Of a stretch of DNA of 64,000 nucleotides, positions 37,161 to 51,334 are shown piece by piece. The stretch is taken from contig NC_092377.1 in assembly GCF_030028105.1 (NCBI RefSeq), forward strand, positions 40,192,450 through 40,256,449, given 5' to 3'. The notes under the pieces are model-generated. The model saw only the letters and a list, made by a program, of their open reading frames with translations. It searched no databases and was not told where the DNA came from. This DNA is from Mobula birostris (Eukaryota). Made by a program: the position numbers and the translations under genes. Each line of letters opens with the position of its first letter. Positions within the stretch are counted from its first letter, which is position 1.

Positions 37161-37604
37161 CTTTGGCCATAATCCTTCAATTATCCATGTTCAACAATGG
37201 AAGAAAATATAGACTGTTGGTCAGCTTCTGACAATTCACACTGTTGATATATCCTTAATCTGAAAACAACCTAATCTAGGCATTTGTGTAAAGTGTTGTG
37301 AATATAGGGTCATTTTCAGGATTAAGGAAAACAACGGATCATAATTTTTTCAATTAAATTCAGATTTGAGGAAACCTAGAACTGAGTTAGTAAATTGTAT
37401 GTAAGTAAAGTGAAAAACTTTGTTTTGCATACCTTCTGCACTGGTCATGTCATCACATCAGTACATTAAGGTAAAACTAGGGAAAACACTAATCGAGAGC
37501 AGAATAAAGTGTTACAGTTACATAGAAAGTGGAGTGTAGACAGACGTTAAGGTGCAAGGACATAAAAAAGTAGCTTGTGTGATGCAGAGCCCATCCTTAT
37601 CGTA

Positions 37605-39590
37605 CTAGGGACTAGGATCGCCATGCTGCAGGACTGCTTCAATGACGTCGACTGGAATGTCTTCCATGATGAGGTTGTCTCCGAGTTCACATATGGAGTC
37701 ACGTGCTTCATCCAGAAGTGCATTGACGATGTTGTCCCCCAGAGGCTGGTCAGAGTCTTCCCGAAACAGAAACCCTGGATGAGTAGTTCGGTGTGAGCAG
37801 CACTTACTGCATGACACAGTGTTTATGCTACCGGCAATCAGCAGGAGCTCATGAAAAGCAGCTAGATCTGCGCAAAGCTATCAAGGTGGCGAAACAACAA
37901 TACAGGGACAAGATTGAGTCAAGATTCACAACGAATAGCACACGTGACTTGTGGCGAGGGCTGCATACCATCACAGACTTCAAAGGCAAACATGGTGCCG
38001 CCAACATCGCGACCTCTCTCCCAGATGTGCTCAATCACTTTTCTGCTCAGTTTGATGTTACTAACTCTGAGCCTCTGAGGAAAGCCACCACTACAACCTG
38101 CAACCCGGTCATCTCTGAGACTGAGGCACGCAGATGTTTCCAAGAGTGGACAGTCGCAGGGCTGCGGAACCGGATGGTACCCCAGGGTGAGCACAACTGG
38201 CAGCTGTGTTTACAGACATTTTTAATCTCTCCCTCTCCCAGTGTAGAGTGCCCTTCTGCTTCAAATTGTCCACCATTGTCCCTGTACCAAAAAAGACCAA
38301 GGTAACATGCCTGAATGACTGGCGTCCTGTCGCACTAACCTCAATAATAAGCAAGTTCTTTGAGAGGCTGGTCAAGGATTACATCTGCAGCTTGCTACCA
38401 CCCAAACTGGACACCCTACAATTTACCTAATGACAGAACCAATCGACAGACGGCACAGTAGCCACTGCTCGACACACCGTCCTTACACATCTGGAGAAGG
38501 ATGCTTATGTAAGAATGCTGTTCTTAGACTACAGTTCAGCATTCAACACTATAATTCCATCCAGGCTTGACAGGAAGCTCAGAGACCTCGGCCTTGACCC
38601 TGCTTTGTGCAGTTGGATCCTGGGCTTCCTGTCAGATCGCCGGCAGGTGGTAAGAGTGGGCTCCCTCACCTCCACCCCTCTGACTGTCAACACAGGGGCC
38701 CCTCAGGGCTGTGTATTAAACCCCCTCCTTTACTCCCTGTATACTCATGACTGTGTCGCCAACAACAGCTCTAATCTGCTAATTAAATTTTCTGACGACA
38801 CTATATTGATCGGCCTAATCTTAAACAATAACAAAGTGGCCTAAAGGGAAGAAGTCATCTCTCTGACACAGTGGTGTCAAAAAAAAACTTCTCCCTCAAT
38901 GTCACAAAAACAAAGCTGGTTGTGGATTACAGGAGGAATATAGACACAGGCTAAGCCCTATTGACATCGATGGATCTGGGGTTGAGAGGGTAAACAGCTT
39001 TAAGTTCTTCGGCATCCACATCACTGAGGACCTCACATGGTCTGTACTCACCAGCTGTGTGGTGAATAAGGCACAACAGCGCCTCTTTCATCTCAGACGT
39101 TTGATATGGGTCCCCAGATCCTAAGAACTTCCTACAGGGGCACAATTGAGAGTATCCTGACTGGCTGCATCACTGCCTGGTATGGGAACTGTACCTCCCT
39201 TAATTGCAGGGTTCTGCAGACAGCCCAGCACATCTGTAGTTGTGAACTTCCCATGATTTAGGACATTTACAAAGATAGGTGTGAAAAAAAAGGCCTGAAG
39301 GATCATTGGGGACCCGAGTCATCCCAACCACAAACTGTTCCAGCTGCTACCATCCGGGAAACGATACCACAGCATAAAAGCCAGGATTAGCAGGCTCCGG
39401 GAAAACTTCTTCCACTAGGCCATCAGACTGATTAACTCACGCTGATTTGAGTGTATTTCTATGTTACATTGACTGTATTTATTATAAATTACTATGATTG
39501 CACTTTGCACATTTAGACGGAGACGTATCGTAAAGATATTTACTCCTCATGTATGTGAAGGATGTAAGAAATAAAGTCAATGCAATTCAA
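37605..39590 (+). mobile_element. Rex1-type LINE, 5'-truncated, degenerate
   Basis: [53 protein letters not shown]; caatgcaattcaa tail. Confidence 0.92.
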
Positions 39591-42500
39591 GTTTTATAAT
39601 AGAGGGATAGAGCCTGGACTGCAACAACAGGAGCATTGGCCCCAAAATTCATAATATTCAGTCCAGGCTAATAATCTCAATGAGACAGATCAACAAAAGG
39701 TAAACAGTACAAGGGGTTTGTTTTGTGGTTAGACATGCCAGGCTTAATCAGTGAAAACTTAAATGCTTACACTTCGCATGTTGGATTGGGAAACATTTAT
39801 TTTCAAACTTTTTAATTTAATGATCAAAAACTTTATTTTTCTAATTATTTTAGTGTAAATTGTTTTTAAGCTTTAAAACCATTGAATTCAGTTTTCACTT
39901 TAGAAAGCAAGTCCTATCACTTTCACATTTATTTGATAAACAAAATTCATTTTTTTTATTTCTCTGAAGGATGTTTTAAGTAAGGAAAATTAAAGAACTT
40001 GCTTTTTTTATCTATATTAAAGCAAGTGAGTAATAAATCAGATAAAAAAAAAGTTGACCAAATCATATTTCACGTAAAAATCTCATAATCAGAAGTTATA
40101 TGCGTTGGGCAAGATTAGTTTCAAAGTTCAAGTTCAAGCTGTTTTTTTGTCACTCAACCATCCACATGTATACCATCAAATGAAACAAGGTTCCTTTGGA
40201 CTAAACAGTGCATATAAGTCACACACACGACACATAAAGTAACATTACTTTATATAACTTAAATAAATTACTGGTTGTAATAAATGCCCATGGTCTACCT
40301 TCATTTGACTAGAATGATAATCTACTTGTTGTCTTGAGGACTGAATATTGTTTAAAACAAGAAGCACATGGTGTGCTTCTGAACATTCTGATAATTCATT
40401 TATCAATTGTTTCTATTTTTTCACTTGGCTGAGTATTCACATTCCTTCATGGATATGTGGAAATGAAAGCATTACAAATGAGGCAAAGAACACAACACTG
40501 GTTAGATTTTTTTTCTGGGGCCTTTAATAGCTTACCCAGCCTTAAGCTTATCGTTGTGTTTTTATGATGGTTGTTATGATTTTGAGCAAACAACATAACA
40601 CGTATTTTGTAACCAGCAATATAACAACTGACAGTAGCCTCCTATTCCATTTAAAGGGGTGGGCTCATCTTGGTTTAAGTGACTGCTTTGAAAACAATGG
40701 GGCAGATAGGCACCCAAATAAACAGAATCTTTGTTCTGTATCCTGGTTCTCTTCCAGCGTTATAATTGGTTCCTTCCTTTTGTACACCAAAACCTCTCTT
40801 TCTCTCATATTTTGTTGATTGTATTATGATTAATGAGTGTTCTGAAGAGATTTCCTTTCTCATTTTTCCTCATGGGGAAATGAGATGCTTGGCAAATTAC
40901 TCTTTCTCACTATGTTCAGCTGGAAACAGCAGGTAATTGTGGTCCAGTTGCTGCTCAGAATAACACCTTTATTCACATATAACTGATCAAAATAAAATAT
41001 GCCATCAAGCATCAATGATATAACTCATTCATTTCTCCTTCCTACAGTGCAACAATTTTTTATGTAGCCACTCTTACCATTGTTATACCACTAATACCCT
41101 AATTTACCTCTTCCCATTGTTGTTGGGGCCTTTCACTTTGATTTGAAAACATGGATTCAATTTTGCACGCTGGGACTATTTTTGGTTTTGACACAAGTGT
41201 GAATGACAGACATTCATTCAGCTATTATGCATTCGCTTGTTAGTCATCTCCATAACTCTTACAGAAATATATAAGGCACAGAAAAGAATCAAAATCTCTG
41301 TTTTGTAGTTAGGAATAATCAAAATGATTATTTCATCAAACTACTCTATTTTGGACAAAATCTGTAGAAGTATTTCCTCACATTTGGCCACTAACTCCTG
41401 TTATTTACCAAATTCAGATTCCTGATTTGGGGATGTCTAGTTTTCATGGGGGAACTCCTGGGAAGAATAAGGTACAATGTTACCCAAATGCTGCCAAAAT
41501 TGATCTGGTTCCCAATTAACTCTAAATTCCAGGCCCATATATGCAGTGCAGTCATTGTTAGGGACGACCACATTGGACCCTTTAGGAAATCAGTAGTCAC
41601 GTGAGCTCTGACCTGAAAGTGTTATTGCTGCTACTGTTGACCAGCTGTGTGTGAAGGCATGTTTTATAAAACTGTAGATTTATGATCAGCAGTAAAACTC
41701 ACAAAAAGCTAATCACTTATGTTAAATGGCAGAAATTCTTTTGGGATGCAATACTGGTGAGAAAATGGAGAAAGAAACCTGAAAGTCTTTTCTTCCCTGT
41801 ATCTTCAGTTTGCTGTGGAACAATCCACTTAATCATCCTTATTTTTCTCTTTAATCTTTTTTTTAATTCATGTTTAGAAATATTTCCTCAATTAAAAAAA
41901 GACAAAGAAGGTCTTTACTTAAATCCATTTCTAATACTGAACAAACCAAAGTGCACTGTTTTGTTTCTGTGCAACATTGTGCCACTCCAGACAGTGTCTT
42001 CATAAATCCAGACCCCATGTTGTTCAGTTCAGGGAATACACCAATCTCTATACAAACTTTCAGCTAGAGAGGCAAGGAGGAAGCTTCAAACCCTCAGCAT
42101 ATCTTCCTTATTTAGACGGTCAGAATCTCCTGATAGTTGCTTTACATTTGTATATTTATTGTGAATGCATTTGTGACAGATTTCTCCACTGGCCTGCCTG
42201 TAGCATCTGGAAATGTGCATTGGATTACATCAATAATTGTCAAGCGATAAACGAAGTAGGCTGCCCGTTGCTGTGCCCAGCCTGGCATCCACAGCATATT
42301 TCACAGCATACATAGGACCATACTTTATTGTGTGACTTTTTTTTACTGCTGTATTATATGGGCTATGTATGCCTTCTGCTGTATGTATGACCATCAGTAC
42401 TGTGTTTCGCACCTTGGCCCCAGAGGAACACTGTTTCATTTGTCTGTGTTCATGGATATTCCTGTGTCATTGAATGACAATTAAACTTGAACTTAATTTA

Positions 42501-44049
42501 AAAATCTTCCAGGAGGCTCCATTGTGCAAACTTTCTACTCTAGTTTTTCCTTGGATAATAAAGCATTAACCTTATTTTGCCAAGGATACTTTTAAGTACT
42601 GTACTGGCAAGGCAGGAAGAACTTGACACAGTTTGAGCATTCTCACTAACGTGTAATGCCCTCAGTACAATGGCACTTTATATTGGGAGATGTTTTACAA
42701 ATTCCTTTCTCATGCTGTCAGTGGGATGAACGCTACACCTTAAAATGTGTACTGACCAGCTGCAACCTTGGGATGTCCAAGCATATCCTTCCCCTGTTTC
42801 GGAAACTGGAAAGCACTAGACACAGACTGAAACTACTTACAGGCTAAGTAACACAACAGTGAAATATTCAGAATGCTGTATTTAGAAAATTAGGAAGATG
42901 CAATGGACCAAAAAATGCAAACATTTCCACTGAAACTAGAGCTCTGTCTTTCAGGTAAGACTAGAGTATGGTGGGAGTATTCTCTAAGCTTCACTGATGT
43001 CCAGCACTGCAACAAAGATATATTTTCTTATCATTTAAAAATAATGCAAATCTTTTAATGGCTTCAGTGTGTATAAGTTAATTTGTACTAAAACTAAGTC
43101 TATAAGTCCTGGGTTATTTGTAGAGTAAACAGTCTGTGGTACATTGAGCAGATGTCCTGGCTCCAGTCCATATTTTGAAATTTGGTACCAAAGTAAATTG
43201 TTTTGTTTTGGTATAGTTGTCAAATTTCATAATATTACTGATGGTATAGGAAAACCATGAAGTTGGATACCATAAGCCCATTGATGAAGGTAGCTCAGAT
43301 GGAAAGAGGGAATTGATGATGCCCAAGGAAAGGAAGGAATTATTCAGGATGTTGTAGAAGCAGGTACCATTGGTAAATGACTCTGTGTGCCTGATATAAC
43401 CCAAGTGCAAAGTTCAGATTACTGTGTAATGGTTGTTTTATGGGTAACTGCATGTCACAATGCTTTCTATACCTGCTCTCTGCCTCAGCCTGGTGTAGGT
43501 CTTTGATGCTTGCCTCCTTGCAGCTCTTTCTTCTGGTGTTGGAGCCTCAGATTGAGGCCAGCAGAAAATTATATTACTGATGATAAAAAGTCCTAAAAAG
43601 GGATTTATCTGCAATAGTACTTTAAACAAATAAAAGAATGGCCCAAACACAGCCAAGAATTTACAAAAATGAACCAGAGACATAACTTAATGAAGTTGGA
43701 AGATTTTTTTTAAATAGCAGTTACATAAGTTTTTCATCAAAGGTACCAACCATAATTTATTGAGCATGTGAAGGAAATGGCCTTTCAGTCTCACACAGAG
43801 GTCACGTTCATAAATGAGCTCTGATTTATGAGCAGGTCCCTTTTGAACATATTCGAATGATGCCTGTACTTGTAATACATGGATGGCCAAGCTGGCTGTA
43901 AGGCATCAGAGCCAGGATGCTGTTGTGTGCATTCCCTGCGACAATCCATTCTGAAATGGTGTCACATTGAACAAGACACTTATGGTTTCTGCTTTGAGTT
44001 CCGCAAATCATACAAAGTACAAGGCAATTTTTTGCCTAGGTGGCATCAA

Positions 44050-45172
44050 ACATAAACATAGAACACAGAACATAGAATAGTACAGCACAGTACAGGCCCT
44101 TTGGCCCACAATGTTGTGCCGACCCTCAAACCCTGCCTCCCATATAAGCCCCCACCTTAAATTCCTCCATATACCTGTCTAGTAGTCTCTTAAACTTCAC
44201 GAGTGTATCTGCCTCCACCACTGGCTCAGGCAGTGCATTCCACGCACCAACCACTCTCTGAGTAAAAAACCTTCCTCTAATATCCCCCTTGAACTTCCCA
44301 CCCTTCCCTTAAAGCCATGTCCTCTTGTATTGAGCAGTGGTGCCCTGGGGAAGAGGCACTGGCTATCCACTCTATCTATTCCTCTTATTATCTTGTATAC
44401 CTCTATCATGTTTCCTCTCGTCCTCCTTCTCTTCAAAGAGTAAAGCCCTAAATCTCTGATCATAATGCATACTCTCTAAACCAGGCAGCATCCTGGTAAA
44501 TCTCCTCCGTACCCTTTCCAATGCTTCCACATCCTTCCTGTAGTGAGGTGACCAGAACTGAACACAGTACTCCAAGTGTGGCCTAACCAGAGTTTTATAG
44601 AGCTGCATCATTACATCACGACTCAAACTCTATCCCTCAACTTATGAAAGCTAACGCCCCATAAGTTTTCTTAACTACCCTATCCACCTGTGAGGCAACT
44701 TTCAGGGATCTGTGGACATGTACCCCCAGATCCCTCTGCTCCTCTACACTACCAAGTATCCTGCCATTTACTTTGTACTCTGCCTTGGGGTTTGTCCTTC
44801 CAAAGTGTACCACCTCACACTTCTCCGGATTGAACTCCATCTGCCACTTCTCAGCCCATTCCTGCATCCTATCAATGTCTCTCTGCAATCTTCAACAATC
44901 CTCTACACTATCTACAACACCACCAACCTTTGTGTCATCTGCAAACTTGCCAACCCACCCTTCTACCCTCATATCCAGGTTGTTAATAAAAATCACGAAA
45001 AGTAGAGGTCCCAGAACAGTTCCTTGTGGAACACCACTGGTCACAATCCTCCAATCTGAATGTACGCCCTCCACCACGACCCTCTGTCTTCTGCAGGCAA
45101 GCCAATGCTGAATCCACCTGGCCAAACTTCCCTGGATCCCATGCCTTCTGACTTTCTGAATAAGCCTTCCTC
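44050..45172 (-). mobile_element. CR1-type LINE, relatively young 3' 1.1 kb
   Basis: [53 protein letters not shown]; (atagaac)n tail. Confidence 0.93.
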
Positions 45173-45612
45173 TTAAACACAGAGCCAAATTCCTGCACAG
45201 CCACATGATTTGCATGTAACTTGATGCTCTTTGTGCTGCAGCTCCAGGTGAGAAGGAATTACAGAAGGATGCTGGAAATTCGTTAAATTCATTCCCAGAG
45301 TGTGGGCAGAAGTGGCCAGGCCAGTGTTTCTTGTTTGCTCTTTGTTGCCTTTGAGCCCACGTCTTCACATAGACCACTTTAGAGGGAAGCATGGTTAAGT
45401 TCAACCTCACTTTGTGTTTGCAGTCAATATACAGACCAGACTGGACAAGAAAATCAACTTCCTTCCCTAATAGGCAGAAGTAAATCAAGATGGTTTTTAT
45501 TTCAATCAGGTAATTTCATCAATTGCACTGATTTTTTTTACCAGATTTAGTCACTGGAATTTTAATTCCCCAGCTGCCAATGTCAGATTTGAATACAGCT
45601 CTGAATTGTTGT

Positions 45613-48230
45613 TAGAACATAGAACATAGCACAGTACAGGCACTTCCTCTCATGATGTTGTGCCTACCTTTTAACCGACACCAAGATCAATCTAACCCTC
45701 CTGTCCCACATAGTCCAATATTTTCTTTCATCCATGTACCTATCGAAGAGTCTCATAAATATCCCTAATGTATCTGCCATTACTACCACCGTGGCAGTGA
45801 GTTCTATGCACTCACCACTCTCTGTGCAGAAACAAAAACAACCTCTGACATCATCCCTATACTTTCCTCCAATCTCCTTCAAAAAAATAGCCATTGCCAT
45901 CCTGGGAAAAAGAAACACTGGCTGTCCACTCTGTCTGCCTCCTATCATCTTATACACCTCTATCAACTCTCCTCTCATGCTCCAAAGAGAAATGCTCTAG
46001 CTCACTTAACCTTTCTTAATAAGTCATGTACTCTAATCCTGACAGCATCCTGGTAAATCTCCTCTAAACCTTCTACATGCTTCCTATAATGAGGCAACCA
46101 GAACTGAACACAATAATCCAAGTGTGGTCGAACTAGAGTTTTACAGAGCTGCAGTATTACCTCGTGGCTCTTGAGCTCAGCCCCCCTGACTAACAAAGGC
46201 CAACACCCCATATGCATTGCTAACCACCCTATTGGCTGAGGAGGCCAAGTCATTGAGTATATTTAAAGCAAAGGTTGATAGGCTCTTGATTAGTCAGGAT
46301 ATCAAAAGTTATGGGGAGAAGGCAGGAAAATGGGTTTGAGAGAGATAATAAATCAGCCTTGATGGAATGGCAGAGCAGGCTCAAAGGGCTGAATAGTCTA
46401 ATTCTGCTCCTGTATCTTAAGATCTCAACTTGCACATCAACTTTGAGGAATCTATGGACTTGGATCACTTCACACATTTCCGGATTGAACTCAATCTGCC
46501 AGTTTTCAGCGCAGCTCAACTTGCTGTCAATGTCCTGTTGTAATCTATGACAACCTTCTACATTATCCACAACACCACCAACGTGCATGTCATCTCCAAA
46601 CTTACTAACTCACTCTTTCACTTCCTCACTAAATCACTTGACAAAGAGCAAAGAGCAGGAGTTCCAGAACAGATCCCTGCAGAACAACACTAGTAGTCAT
46701 AGACCTCCAGGCAGAATATGCTCCATCGACTACCTCCCTCTGCCTTCTGTGGGCAAACCAATTCTGAATCCAGCCAAATTTCCATGGATCCCATGCCCCC
46801 TGACCTTCTGAATGAGCCTACCATGTTGAACATCTTGCTAAAATCTATAGGCAATACATTCACTGCTCTACTTTCGTCAGTTTATTCTTTCACTTCCTCA
46901 AAAAAGCCAAACAGGCCTGTAAGGCCTCACCAAACCATGATGATTATTATTCTCCAAATGCTCGTAAATCCTGTCTCAAAAATCCTCTCCAGTAGTTTGC
47001 TCACCACTGATGTAAGTCTCACTGGTCTGTAATTCCCAGTATTATCCCTATTCTTTTTCTTGAATAAAGGGATAACATTTGCAAACCTCCAATCATCTGG
47101 TACTATTCCCGTTTCCAGTGTGGACACTAAAATCATTGTCAACAGTGCAACAATCTCTTCTCTTGCTTCTCATAGTAACCTGGAATATATCCTGTTTGAC
47201 CCCAGGAACTTATCTATTCTAATGTTTCTCACAGGCTCCAAAACTACCCCCTTATTAATGTCAAAATGTTCCAGCACATTAGCCTTTTCTACACTGACCT
47301 ACATTCATTAAGGTCTCTCTCCCTGGTGACTCCTGAAGCAAAGCATTCATTAGCTACTCCCTTACTTACTCTGACTCCAGACACATTTCTCTTTTGTTCC
47401 TGATCAATCCTACACTCACTCCATTAATCCTGCTATTCTTCATGCACATGCAGATTGCCTTGGGTTTTTTCATAATCCTACTTAGCAAAGGCTTCTCATG
47501 TCCTCTTCTAGCTCTCCTAAATCCATTCTTAAGCTGCTTTCTCGCTATGTTATAACTCTCAAAAGTACTGTCTGATATTTGCTTCCTAAACCTTAAGTGT
47601 GCTACCTTCTTCTTCTTGACTAAATGTTTCAACCTCTCTTTTCCACCATGGTTCCATCCTACCATCCTTTATCTGTCTCAATGGGACAGATCTGTACAGA
47701 ACCTTATCCAAGTGCTACCTAATCAATCTCCACATTTTCATTGCGCATTTCTCCGAGAACATCTATTCCCAAATTACTCTCCATAGTTCTCACCTAATAG
47801 CATCATAATTAGTCTTCCCTGATTTAAATACTTCCCCGTACATACTGTCTGCTCCTACCCTTATCCAAAGTTGTGCTAAAAGTCAGGGAGTTATGGTCAC
47901 TGTCTCCAAAATGAGAGATGTCACCTGACCAGGTTCATTGCCTACTACTATATCCAATATGGCCTCACCTCTAGTTGGTCTGTACACATATTGTGTCACA
48001 AATCCATCCTGGACGCACCTAATACATTTTGCCCCATCTAAACCTTTTGCACTGAGGAGTTCCCAATCAATATTGGGGAAGTTGAGTTCACCCATAACAA
48101 TAATCCTGCTATTTCTGCACCTTTTGAACATCTGCCTACTGATCTGCTCCTCAGTGTCCCTATTGCTATTGAGCAATCTATGGAATATTCCCAATAGAGT
48201 GATTACTCTCTTCCTGATTCTGACTTCCTT
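45613..48230 (-). mobile_element. CR1-type LINE, degenerate, interrupted at 46232-46419
   Basis: GELNFPNIDW, PTRGEAILD, VPDDWRFANVIPLFKK, GNYRPVRLTSVVSKLLE, LVRPHLDYCVQFW. Confidence 0.88.
46232..46419 (+). mobile_element. Short CR1 3' end inserted in opposite orientation
   Basis: gaggccaagtcattgagtatatttaaagc...ctgctcctgtatctta, same family as 1220-1420. Confidence 0.85.
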
Positions 48231-48539
48231 CCACTGCAGCTGTGATACTATCAGTGCCGCTCACCCACCTCTATTCTGGATCTTTGATTGGTAGCTTAAT
48301 TAGCTTGCTATTAAGCAACACTCACAAAATGCTGGAGGATCTCAGCAGGTCCAGCATCTGAAGACTTTGTTGTGTTTATTATAGCTTGATGAACATAGTC
48401 CAGATGAACGAATATTCAAGTTTTGCTAAAAGGGCTAACAAGTTTGTTCCTTCTGTGCCAGGAGTCTTAATTTTACAGGCTTTATTATAGGCAACTATGA
48501 GCATGACATTACAAAGCCTCCATGCTACTGTTGCATAGT

Positions 48540-49345
48540 TTTGCTGAGGGTCCATTGGTCCTCCAGCACTCTCTTACTTTCCTCACAGTATTTTTCTTTT
48601 TCAAATACATCTAAAAGGCTCTTATGTTTCATTAATGCTGTATTCCCATCAAGTTCTGGAATATTCTTCAATCTTCCAAAGTTTGGATGGCACAAGAGAT
48701 TTTTTACCAAACTTCTCCTGCTAGGAAAACCACAAACCAACCCCACACCATATATCCATCCCAGAAATCAATCTGGTGAAACCTCCTTGCAAATCTTTCA
48801 ATCACAAGAATATAATTTCTTAGTCAGAGACAGCAGACCTGTGCACAATAGGTAACTGAAGCAAAATATCTCTGTTCTTCTCCTCAAACCCTTTTATAAT
48901 AAAAGCCAATGTATTGTTTGACTTCCCAAATGCTTGTGGTACCTTCACATTAATTGTCAGTGTACATGGACACTTCCTGAACATCAAAATGTTTCAATCT
49001 CTCACTATTTAAGAAAATCTGCCCATTTACTCTGCCTTTCCATGGATGCTGAGGATAGTTATCCTACTCACTCTACTATCAAGCTTTGTGTCAGCAAGGT
49101 TCTGTGTTCTTCACTTGATTCCCTCATCCAAATCACTGATGTGGAATGTGAACAACTGGGGCTTCAGGACTGATCCTGGTGAAGCCTCATCAGTTGCAGT
49201 CTCCTAAACTAAAAGTGATCCATTTATTCTTACCATTCATTAGCTGTCAGTTAAGAATCCTCAGCCCATATCAGTTCATAATATGCTTTAACTGTGTTTA
49301 ATATCTTGTATGTGGCACCTCCTTGAAGGCTACACCCCATTAGTT
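48540..49345 (-). mobile_element. Old CR1/L2-like LINE fragment
   Basis: Decayed antisense RT motifs (ggggcttcaggactgatcc, tgtggcacctccttgaaggc). Confidence 0.5.
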
Positions 49346-49354
49346 CTCCCTCAT

Positions 49355-49900
49355 TCTGATATGTCTATCCACAGCCTCCTCTACTGTCAAGATGAAGCCA
49401 CACTCAGGTTGGAGGAACAACATCTTATATTCCGTCTGGGTAGCCGCCAACCTGATGGCATGAACATCGACTTCTCTAACTTCCGCTAATGCCCCACCTC
49501 CCCTTCGTACTCCACCTGTTATTTATTTATCTTTTATTATTATTAATTTTTTTCTCTCTCTCTCTCTCCTTTTTCTCCCTCTGCCCCTCTCACTATACTC
49601 CTTGCCCATCCTCTGGGCTTCCCCCCTCCCCCTTTCTTTCTCCCTAGGCCTCCCATCCGTCCCATAATCCTCTGATATCCCTTTTGCCAAACAACTTTCC
49701 AACTCTTAGCTCCATCCCTTCCCCCTCCTATCTTCTCCCATCATTTCGGATCTCCCCCTCCCCCTCCCACTTTCAAATCTCTTACTAGCTCTTCCTTCAG
49801 TTAATGCTGACGAAGGGTCTCGGCCCGAAACGTTAACTGTACCTCTTCCTATAGATGCTGCCTGGCCTGCTGTGTTCACCAGCAATTTTTATGTGTGTTG
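49355..49900 (+). mobile_element. Penelope-like 3' fragment with decayed hammerhead, 9-bp TSD
   Basis: TSD ctccctcat at 49346-49354 and 49901-49909; colinear with 18787-19316; hammerhead at 49801-49839 keeps CTGACGA/GAAA but helix I is broken and GTC has become GTT. Confidence 0.9.
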
Positions 49901-50167
49901 CTCCCTCATCTGTCTGCTAATTACAGCCTTCAAAAAATAAATTTTGTCAAAAATGATTTTCGTAGAGTCACAAAGTCATACGGCACTTTTCACCAAGTTT
50001 ATGGCTATCTGCCCTAATGGGTAGTTTGGCATCATTTCTTTTCATAATGTCACCAGTAAACCTTACCACAGAGTGATATCCACATTAAAATTAGTCACTA
50101 CTGGCATCAAAGATGAACCATGCTTCAAGCAAACAGGTTTATCTATCAGAATATAGATTCCCCATTG

Positions 50168-50466
50168 GGCGCCATGACAGTGTAGCAGTTAACACAATGC
50201 TATTACAGCTTGGGACGTTCCAGAGTTCAATTCCGGCGCTGATCTTTAAGGAGTCTTTGTACGTCTTCCCCATGGAGTGTGTGTTTTTTCCCCCAAGGTT
50301 CTCCAGCTTCCTCCCACAGACCACAGTCCGGGTAGGTTAATTAGTCATTGTAAATTGTCAAGTGATAAAGTTAGGGTTAATTGGATTTGTTGGGGGTTGC
50401 TGGGACAGCAGGGCTCAAAGGGCCTGAAGGGTTTTCTCTGCACTGTATCACTAAAATAAAAAAAAG
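50168..50466 (+). mobile_element. tRNA-derived SINE (V-SINE-like)
   Basis: A-box-like tagcagttaac, B box gagttcaattcc, cttcctcccacag domain, A-rich tail. Confidence 0.78.
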
Positions 50467-50884
50467 AAATATATGACTATTTTGTATTATAGAAGCGCCT
50501 AACCCTGTAATTTGAAGGGACACCATAGCCCAGATTTTTCTCTTTTACACTGATGAATTAGCACTGAGAGACAGAATTATGTAAAGTGTTGAAGGAACTG
50601 TGCAATTTTTTATCCATTAATTTGGTTCTATTCCTTCTCTCTCTCTGCTTGATTTATGCTCACATATGTGCACATTCAGAATTAGCAAAAATCAAATCTG
50701 TCTCAAATTCTTAATCTGTGAATACATTTTGAAAGAAAATACTGTAAAATATGACTAATATACTGAATGATTCAAAATTTCCAGGCTGCAAGCTGTTAGT
50801 TATTTCTCACCAACCCTTTCAATAATGACATTACCATTTCAGTTAACCATGCCAGATTATAGTAAATTCCTTCAGCATTGCTAT

Positions 50885-51330
50885 TGGAGGAGAATGACCT
50901 AACAGAGGAAAACCACAGCGGTCAAGTTTCTGGCAATGAGTCTGGCTCTGTGGGTCTGAAGGGAACTGGGGAGAAGAGGAGTGCTGAAGTGATAGGGGAT
51001 CCATTGTCAGAGAAGACAGGAGACACCTGAGTGGAATGTTGTCTCCCAGTTGCCAGGGTGGAGGACGTCTCTAACTGGGTCCTCAGCATTCTAAAGGGGG
51101 TGAATGAGCAGCCTGAGTCATGGTAGTACATATTGGTACCAATGACATGGGTAGGAAAAGGGAGGAGGTCCTGAAGAGAGAATGTAGTGAATTAGGTAGA
51201 AAGCTGAAAAGCGGGATCTTCAGGATAGTAATCTCTGGATTGCTGCATGTACCACTTGCCAGTGAGAATAAGAATAGGATGATTTTGCAGATGAATGTGT
51301 GGCTGAGGAATTGGTGCAGGAGGCAGAGAG
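50885..51330 (+). mobile_element. CR1 ORF1 (SGNH esterase-like) fragment
   Basis: VIGD.., VVHIGTNDMGRKREEVLK, RIVISGLL, MNVWLRNWCRR. Confidence 0.85.
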
Positions 51331-51334
51331 TGTG

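Noticed and set aside
45228-45253. Possible 6-nt microexon (tgcag|ctccag|gtgag)
   Set aside because: Splice-like motifs alone are too common to support a call.
44892-45488. 198-aa ORF that looks like a host-RT fusion
   Set aside because: Chance read-through from flanking DNA into a 5'-truncated CR1 RT; it ends at a stop within the RT.
49801-49839. Fifth functional hammerhead
   Set aside because: Helix I is disrupted (ttaatg / aactg) and the triplet is GTT; treated as decayed.
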